The notes beneath the pieces were generated by a model, which searched no databases, had not been told where the DNA came from, and worked only from the letters and a program-made list of their open reading frames with translations. A stretch of DNA of 48,579 nucleotides from Candidatus Cloacimonadota bacterium (GTDB lineage: Bacteria; Cloacimonadota; Cloacimonadia; Cloacimonadales; TCS61). Of the stretch, positions 26,887-33,118 are shown in pieces. Each line of letters starts with the position of its first letter. The stretch's first letter is position 1. A program made the translations under genes and the position numbers. The DNA lies in contig JAOZPK010000001.1 of the NCBI GenBank assembly GCA_029932755.1, positions 1 through 48,579 on the forward strand, written 5' to 3'.

Positions 26887-27927
26887 TTAAAAATATGTGT
26901 TTACTGCAAATTCAAACTGATCAATAAAAATTTTCTTAAAATTTGATAAATTATTTTGCTCATAAAATAATAACATCGATTTTTTATAATCTACAGAATC
27001 AACTGTTCTGAAAGACAAAGGGCAATGATTATTATCAATTAAGATTGCATTACTTACGATTCTTGCAGTTCGTTTATTTCCGTCCATAAATGGTTGAATA
27101 TAAGATATGAGGATTAGAGCTAATAAGGTTTTTTCAAACACATTTTCTTTGCTATTAATCAATTTGCAGGTCATAGTTAATGCTTCTGTAATTTGATATT
27201 CATTATCTAAAGGACGGTAATTTGTTCCTGAAATACCGACTCTTCTTTTTCTCAAATTCCTTTCTACATTGAGTTCTTTTATTAGTATACTATGAATGTC
27301 TTCTATTTTTGATAAAGACAATGGATGTAAATAATCTGGATTATCAATAATAAAATCAAGAGCATCTTTATGATTTAAAAGCATTATTGCCTCTTCTTTT
27401 GTTTTTCCTGAAGCAGTTTCTCTTTCCTTTAATAATCTTTCTGTTTCTAAAAGAGAATAGGTGTTTCCTTCAATTTGTGATGATTTCCAGCTTAAATCAA
27501 TTGCTAATCTTTCAAGTTCCTTTCTATATTCATTTTCTGTTAATTGAGAAATATTTTCTATATATATTTTTTGAAATTCTTTAAGTTTTGATAATTCGCT
27601 TTTTGTGAATATACTATGATTACTTAGAACATTAGTAATAATTTTGAAGTTAAATTCTTGCTTTATTTCTCTTTCATCAATTTCTTTTCCATAATATTTC
27701 TGAATATCAATTGGCTGAATTAATTCATACACAGGTGAAATAAAGTATTTTGTTCCTTTTCCTCTTCCTTTTGTTTTTATGAAATTTTCTGAAATCAGAT
27801 TTGTTAATATTCTCTTTAATGTAGCATAACTAATTGCTAAAGAAATGCCGTCATAAATTTCTTTTGAGGAACACTCTTTTTTTGTTTTTATAAATTCAAT
27901 AATATCAACTTCTCTATCTTTTAACAT
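26887..27927 (-). CDS. Fic-domain protein with N-terminal wHTH; Fic motif reads QPFMDGNKRTAR (catalytic His replaced by Gln)
   Basis: AGGAG RBS (reverse complement at 27935-27939). N-terminal HTH-like segment. Inhibitory-helix-like motif SSQIEG (residues 149-154). Fic core motif at residues 278-289. Confidence 0.85.
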   Translation of the reverse strand: MLKDREVDIIEFIKTKKECSSKEIYDGISLAISYATLKRILTNLISENFIKTKGRGKGTKYFISPVYELIQPIDIQKYYGKEIDEREIKQEFNFKIITNVLSNHSIFTKSELSKLKEFQKIYIENISQLTENEYRKELERLAIDLSWKSSQIEGNTYSLLETERLLKERETASGKTKEEAIMLLNHKDALDFIIDNPDYLHPLSLSKIEDIHSILIKELNVERNLRKRRVGISGTNYRPLDNEYQITEALTMTCKLINSKENVFEKTLLALILISYIQPFMDGNKRTARIVSNAILIDNNHCPLSFRTVDSVDYKKSMLLFYEQNNLSNFKKIFIDQFEFAVNTYF

Positions 27928-28157
27928 TTATAAACTCCTTTTTAAGCTCACATCATCAGCTATTCAAGCTCATATATTAGACATATTGAGCTATTCTCAT
28001 TCTGCAAATGAGCTACAAAACTTAATTAATATGTTACCCATATCCCGTCAAGTTATTACAGAATAAGATGTTTGCAGTATAAATATCTCACTAAATCTAA
28101 AGTCTGATAGATTAATCTTTGATTTATAAAAAAAGACATAGTAACTAATCCAAAAAC

Positions 28158-28186
28158 TTGACACTCCAATTTAAATTTGAGCTATT
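28158..28186 (+). promoter_or_regulatory. candidate promoter of the glycosyltransferase gene (conserved in the pseudogene copy at 26401-26429)
   Basis: Perfect TTGACA at 28158-28163 and a poor -10 candidate GCTATT at 28181-28186. The ATG at 28193 follows with no purine-rich SD. Confidence 0.35.
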
Positions 28187-28192
28187 TGCACC

Positions 28193-29293
28193 ATGGCAAA
28201 AATAGTATATAGTTTATCGGGAGAAGGCTCAGGTCATTCATCACGTTCACGGGAGATGATAACTCACCTTATAAAAAAGGGGCATACAGTAAAAGTAGCC
28301 AGTTACGATCGGGGCTATCAGAATCTGAAAAATGATTTTGATGTATTGGAAATTGAAGGATTCTCGATCGTCAGTGAGGATAACAAAGTATCTATTGGTA
28401 AAACTTTCGCCCAGAACTTTACTACTATACTGGATAGATTTGAAGCTTCCAATATTCTCAAACAGAAGTATTTTAAGGAATTCAAGCCCGATTGTGTGAT
28501 CACAGATTTTGAGCCGATGGCAGCTTATTTGGCTAACGAACTGGACGTTCCACTGATAACTATCGATAATCAACATCGTATGCGTTATATGGAATTTTCC
28601 TGTCCCTTTGAATGGAAAGCTGAAGCAATATTTATTGAGAATTTGATCAGGGTAATGATCCCGCGTCCCTGCATATCTCTGGTTACAACTTTTTATTTTG
28701 GTAAGAAAAAGAATGACCGCACCTTTATGTTCCCGCCAATCTTAAGGCAATCGGTATTAAAAGCTAAGCCATCTGTGGGAAATTACATACTGGTCTATGC
28801 CACCCAGGAATACGACACACTGATAAAATTTTTGAAAACTTATAAAAGAGAAAAATTCATAGTCTATGGATTCAACATGGAAAAGATCGAAGGAAATCTG
28901 ACTTATAAATCTTTCAGCAGAAGTGGATTCCTAAGTGATCTGGCAGGATGCAGAGCGGTAATTGCTACAGCCGGCTTTACCTTGATGACTGAGTCTTTCT
29001 ATTTGGGAAAACCTTATCTAGCCTTACCCATGAAAGGACAATTCGAACAGGTATTGAATGGTTTGATGCTGGATGAATTAAAATTTGGCAAAAGTGCACT
29101 CGATCTTGAGAAAGAAAATATCTCAGCTTTTCTCTACGATATTCCCGAATACACAGAAAATTTGAAGAACTATGAACACAAAGACAATAGTGCAATTACC
29201 GAAATGCTGGATTTAATATTAGCAAATGATGGCCAGATGCTGCAGAGTTTTCACGATAAACGCAAAACGATCTTTCATTTTGATGAAAAATAA
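28193..29293 (+). CDS. MurG-like GT-B glycosyltransferase (GT28/GT1 superfamily; MJ1255-like by recollection)
   Basis: N-terminal GEGSGHSSRS glycine-rich loop. C-terminal ATAGFTLMTESFYLGKPYLALPMKGQFEQVLN donor-binding segment. Confidence 0.7.
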   Translation: MAKIVYSLSGEGSGHSSRSREMITHLIKKGHTVKVASYDRGYQNLKNDFDVLEIEGFSIVSEDNKVSIGKTFAQNFTTILDRFEASNILKQKYFKEFKPDCVITDFEPMAAYLANELDVPLITIDNQHRMRYMEFSCPFEWKAEAIFIENLIRVMIPRPCISLVTTFYFGKKKNDRTFMFPPILRQSVLKAKPSVGNYILVYATQEYDTLIKFLKTYKREKFIVYGFNMEKIEGNLTYKSFSRSGFLSDLAGCRAVIATAGFTLMTESFYLGKPYLALPMKGQFEQVLNGLMLDELKFGKSALDLEKENISAFLYDIPEYTENLKNYEHKDNSAITEMLDLILANDGQMLQSFHDKRKTIFHFDEK

Positions 29294-29306
29294 GGATGAC
29301 TGCATA

Positions 29307-30203
29307 CTAATTGTCACGAATCTTTTGTGCCACTCTTTCCACAAGACCATAAACTAATTCAAACTCGAATTGCTTAAAATCCTTATCCCTAAGAACAGGT
29401 TTCAGCTCTGTTTCAATTTGATCTTGTAATTGCTTTTTTCTTATCTTGCTGATAGAGATAGAATCATTACCTGGTATACTTAGTTTCTTTTTAACAAGTT
29501 TTAAAAAATTATTACTTTCAAAATCAATATCAAGATTGTGCATTGAATAAAATATATCAAAATAGTCTCTGATAGCAGGTTCTCTGCGAGAAAGAGCCGC
29601 TCTGAATTTTTCCGCAAATAATTCTTCAAGTGATAAACATTGAGTTTTAAAATCTGGTATAACTTTTTGTTCGCTAAAAGGATCGATCAATAATGTAGAG
29701 GTTTCCTGCCAGATCGCATCTATCATAAGTTCTTCTCTCATTCCAATCTCGATCTTGATCGTTCCAGGTTTCTTCTCAGGTTCAACAACAGAATGATAAG
29801 ATAAAGTCCCAATATACTGTCTTGATTCGTTGAATCCTCTGAACTTTTCATAAACTTTGAAACACTTGTTCGCTTTGATTAGTTTAGATAATTGATCCTT
29901 TATAGGTTCAATCAATCGACTCCGATCCTTTCTTGATATCTCCGGTTTTGCCGGAATTACAAAATCCAGATCTTCACTCATCCGATAAAAATCTACATAA
30001 ACTTTGCTTAAGCAGGTCCCGCCCTTGAACACAAGATTTGTTTCTGGGTCCTGATAAAGATAGGCTAGTATCAGTGAGCAGTAATAATCCTTTTCGATCA
30101 TACTCGAAAGAAATCCGGATCTTTGAGCCACTGAAATCACCACTTCTCTAAAATAGACCGGATCTTTATGAATCTTAAAATTCGATCTGTTAGATCTTTC
30201 CAT
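29307..30203 (-). CDS. AbiEii/AbiGii-family nucleotidyltransferase toxin (type IV TA / abortive infection)
   Basis: Carries FKGGTCLSKVY and RMSEDLDFVIP NTase motifs, characteristic of the DUF1814/AbiEii family. 14-nt overlap with the upstream partner gene. Confidence 0.85.
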   Translation of the reverse strand: MERSNRSNFKIHKDPVYFREVVISVAQRSGFLSSMIEKDYYCSLILAYLYQDPETNLVFKGGTCLSKVYVDFYRMSEDLDFVIPAKPEISRKDRSRLIEPIKDQLSKLIKANKCFKVYEKFRGFNESRQYIGTLSYHSVVEPEKKPGTIKIEIGMREELMIDAIWQETSTLLIDPFSEQKVIPDFKTQCLSLEELFAEKFRAALSRREPAIRDYFDIFYSMHNLDIDFESNNFLKLVKKKLSIPGNDSISISKIRKKQLQDQIETELKPVLRDKDFKQFEFELVYGLVERVAQKIRDN

Positions 30204-31002
30204 TAATTATCAATCCCCATTTTTTATTTACACTACCTTTAAGATCAGTATTTGGAATAAGTGGTTTTAATGTTTTCGAACTTCTAATCTTATTCTGAAG
30301 CTTTTCAACTAATTTCTCATCAATATTTAATGTTTCTAAAAAATAACCCAATCTGCGTTGAACAATTTTATTACCATATCTTATTGCATTACTGACCAGT
30401 TTTGCGGTAATCTCCTGATCTTTTTCGATCTCATCTCGTATCCAATTAAAAACTTTTGGTATTGTGTTGTACCTGTTCCAATCATAAATACAATCTATCA
30501 GAAGTCTAGCTTTTGAAACATACGGAATTTTGATTCCTTTTTTGGTTACAACGAACTCGGCACCTTTTAATCTTTTAGTTGATGTTTTCATAAATACAAA
30601 AGAACTTCCTCCAATCTGCTTATCGCCATATATTTTATCGTTATATACATAAATTCTGTTAGAAATTTGCGTTGTGTAGCCATAATAGTAAATTGCTGTT
30701 GGTCCGCTGATCATATATTTTGCATCATAATATTTCATAAGATTAACAACTATTTCCATTCCATCAATTATCACATTTGAAGTTGGAGAGAGTTTATTAG
30801 GAATTAAATAATATCCAGCTTTCAATCTGGTAATAATTCCCTTTTTATTTAAACTACTTAGTAAATCTTTATCTGTTTGCTCAGCAATACCAAGGACATC
30901 CTTAAGATCTCCCGTACTTAATGTTTTAGTTCCCCTTAATTGCAAATAAGCAATCGCTTTCATTTCAAGTGAACCAAATTGTCTTCTTTCTTTATTATTC
31001 AT
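30190..31002 (-). CDS. AbiEi-family antitoxin/transcriptional regulator (N-terminal wHTH)
   Basis: 270 aa with an N-terminal wHTH-like segment (KAIAYLQLRGTKTLSTGDLKDVLGI...GIITRLKAGYYLI). It lies immediately upstream of and overlapping the AbiEii gene, which is the canonical AbiE gene order. Confidence 0.75.
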   Translation of the reverse strand: MNNKERRQFGSLEMKAIAYLQLRGTKTLSTGDLKDVLGIAEQTDKDLLSSLNKKGIITRLKAGYYLIPNKLSPTSNVIIDGMEIVVNLMKYYDAKYMISGPTAIYYYGYTTQISNRIYVYNDKIYGDKQIGGSSFVFMKTSTKRLKGAEFVVTKKGIKIPYVSKARLLIDCIYDWNRYNTIPKVFNWIRDEIEKDQEITAKLVSNAIRYGNKIVQRRLGYFLETLNIDEKLVEKLQNKIRSSKTLKPLIPNTDLKGSVNKKWGLIINGKI

Positions 31003-31061
31003 TATTATCCCTGCACGACTATTTACTCATATTTTAAGAAAATCTCTATCTCATGCTTTTA

Positions 31062-31121
31062 CAAATTCTTATCATTGCTAATTTGCTTATCTTATATTTT
31101 CTGTCAAATTATTTCTTATCA
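31062..31121 (-). promoter_or_regulatory. candidate abiE promoter/operator: direct repeats flanking a TTGACA box
   Basis: On the minus strand, TGATAAGAA occurs twice (plus-strand TTCTTATCA at 31066-31074 and 31113-31121). The two copies flank TTGACA (plus-strand TGTCAA at 31102-31107). Confidence 0.3.
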
Positions 31122-31324
31122 AATAATAATACCAAAAATCAAAATCTAAAATTATTCAATCCACAACAATATCCTTGACTACAGAATCTCAAAAACATAA
31201 AAGAGTATAAAATCACTAAGGATAGAATAATGAGAAGAAAAGATAAAGAGAACACAGACAAAAAAGTGATATCCTAAAAGATGAATAAACGCTCCAACTT
31301 TATTATGATTGAGGTGTAAAGATA

Positions 31325-32326
31325 ATGCAAAAAAAACTTTTCATATTGTTTTTCTGTTTATTTGTTATTGTCTTATTTGCTGAGACAGTATTTCTCATAA
31401 ATGGTGAAACGATATCAGGTAAGATTATCGGATTTAAAAGTCAAAAGGTCTATTTGGATTATGAGAAAGAACTCTATATCATCTCATACTCTATGATCTC
31501 TAAAGTTGTTGATGATAATAATAGTGTTATCGCGATCAGCGATATTCCGGAATTAGATCACTATCAGTTAAAATTCAATTCATTTACAAAATTCATAGAG
31601 ATAAAACCTGAGAAACCACCTAAATTATTCACTCCAAGATATAGTAGTAAAAGGTTTGGTGAATACTATGATCACAGAACAAATAGAATGCTCTTCGGGC
31701 TTACCGCCCGTGCTTTAGAAAAAAATATTCTATCAATTACAAATTACGATGTTGCATTAATGAACTATTCGATCGGTCTTTTTCATAATACCGAATTTGA
31801 AATGTTTATGTCACCGTTCTTTATGTCCGAGATATTTGGAATCTCCGTAAAGTACCAAGTCTACTCTCACCCGCTTTTGGCAATATCACTCAGAAGCGGC
31901 TATAGATTCTTCGGTGATCCTCTTCATGATGAAGGATTTAAAGATAAATGTTATGATATGCCCAACTCGCTGCTCCTTACCTTTGGAAGTGTTGATCATC
32001 AAATCTCAGCGAATATCGATGTTAATCCAACAATTGATCATAATTATGAAAGCATCGACCGCTTTATCACGTTCACTTATCATATAGGGGGTTCTCTACG
32101 CCTCTTCAAGCATATGAAGATCTATTTTGAAATATTCAATTCATGGCCACTTGAAGATGAAGAGGATTTTAGTTATTCCCATTTCACATGGGCTTCGGGT
32201 ATACGGTTTTTTTGGAAAAAAAACTCTCTTGATCTTGGTCTGCTTGATTATGGTTATAATCGAGGTTCAATGTCAGACACAATGTATCCAATAGTTTCCT
32301 ATACACATCACTTTTACACAAAATGA
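31325..32326 (+). CDS. hypothetical secreted or outer-membrane protein
   Basis: Hydrophobic N-terminal signal-like segment (LFILFFCLFVIVLFA). The C-terminal two thirds are rich in alternating aromatic/hydrophilic stretches. I recognise no family. Confidence 0.6.
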   Translation: MQKKLFILFFCLFVIVLFAETVFLINGETISGKIIGFKSQKVYLDYEKELYIISYSMISKVVDDNNSVIAISDIPELDHYQLKFNSFTKFIEIKPEKPPKLFTPRYSSKRFGEYYDHRTNRMLFGLTARALEKNILSITNYDVALMNYSIGLFHNTEFEMFMSPFFMSEIFGISVKYQVYSHPLLAISLRSGYRFFGDPLHDEGFKDKCYDMPNSLLLTFGSVDHQISANIDVNPTIDHNYESIDRFITFTYHIGGSLRLFKHMKIYFEIFNSWPLEDEEDFSYSHFTWASGIRFFWKKNSLDLGLLDYGYNRGSMSDTMYPIVSYTHHFYTK

Positions 32327-32724
32327 AACGCTCTGGTTCTAGTATAATATTTGTTAATGATAAAAAACAGATTCTGCTATTCTTAAGAGATGATAAAGCA
32401 GGCTTGCCTTATCGCAATATGTGGGATGTTCCCGGTGGACATGTGGAAGAAAATGAAACTCCAAAAGAGTGTATTATACGTGAGATGAAAGAGGAGATGA
32501 ACCTTGATCTAAAAGATTTCCAACTGCTCTGCCAAACAGAATTTGATGACAGGATTGAATACACATATTGGAAAAAAGTTAATTTGAATATTGCTGAAAT
32601 AGACCTGATGGAAGGTCAATATTTAAAATGGTTTACTCAGCAGGAAGCAGCCGATACTAAACTTGCTTATGGATTTAATGAAATAGTGAAAGAGTTTTTT
32701 TTAACTTATCTTTCCCTTATTTAG
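32323..32724 (+). CDS. NUDIX hydrolase
   Basis: ATGA overlap with the upstream ORF. Nudix box GGHVEENETPKECIIREMKEEMNL (GX5EX7REUXEEXGU). Confidence 0.85.
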   Translation: MKRSGSSIIFVNDKKQILLFLRDDKAGLPYRNMWDVPGGHVEENETPKECIIREMKEEMNLDLKDFQLLCQTEFDDRIEYTYWKKVNLNIAEIDLMEGQYLKWFTQQEAADTKLAYGFNEIVKEFFLTYLSLI

Positions 32725-32782
32725 GGAAAATATATAATTTATTGTTCCTAAATCAAGGACAATATCATAATTTAAGATCTTT

Positions 32783-33118
32783 TTGCTTGATATTTCTTTA
32801 AATAATTATGGAAAATTATTAGAAAACCTGATTTTTATTGAATTAAAAAGAAAAGAGAGTGAAATTTATTTTCACAGGAATGGTATAGAATGCAATTTTA
32901 TGGTTATGAAAAATTATGAAATTTCTCAATTAATTCAGGTATCTTATGACATTTCAAATGAGAAAACATTAAATAGAGAGTTAATTGCATTAATAAAATT
33001 ATCAGTAAAATTCCCAGATGTAGAATTACTATTAATCACAATTCTTTACGAACTATTTGACCAAATAAACAGAAGTGATCAATATCGTATGCAAATAATT
33101 AGAGGAGAATTACATTGA
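32783..33118 (+). pseudogene. remnant of the C-terminal (DUF4143-type) part of an AAA ATPase gene
   Basis: Translation (LENLIFIELKRK...IYFHRNGIECNFMV...) resembles the C-terminal nuclease-fold domain of AAA_14/DUF4143 ATPases such as 43626-44756. The N-terminal ATPase part is absent, the start is TTG, and there is no RBS. Confidence 0.5.

Noticed and set aside
31230-31277. 15-codon ORF (MRRKDKENTDKKVIS) in the abiE / hypothetical-gene intergenic region, considered as a leader peptide or small protein.
   Set aside because: It has no RBS and no structured context, and such short ORFs are expected by chance in AT-rich DNA.
26300-33118. A bounded mobile element (integrative island, transposon or IS) explaining the accessory islet.
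   Set aside because: I recognised no integrase/transposase ORF, no flanking tRNA and no terminal inverted repeats. The only long repeat is the glycosyltransferase 5' duplication, so mobility is not supported by the sequence.
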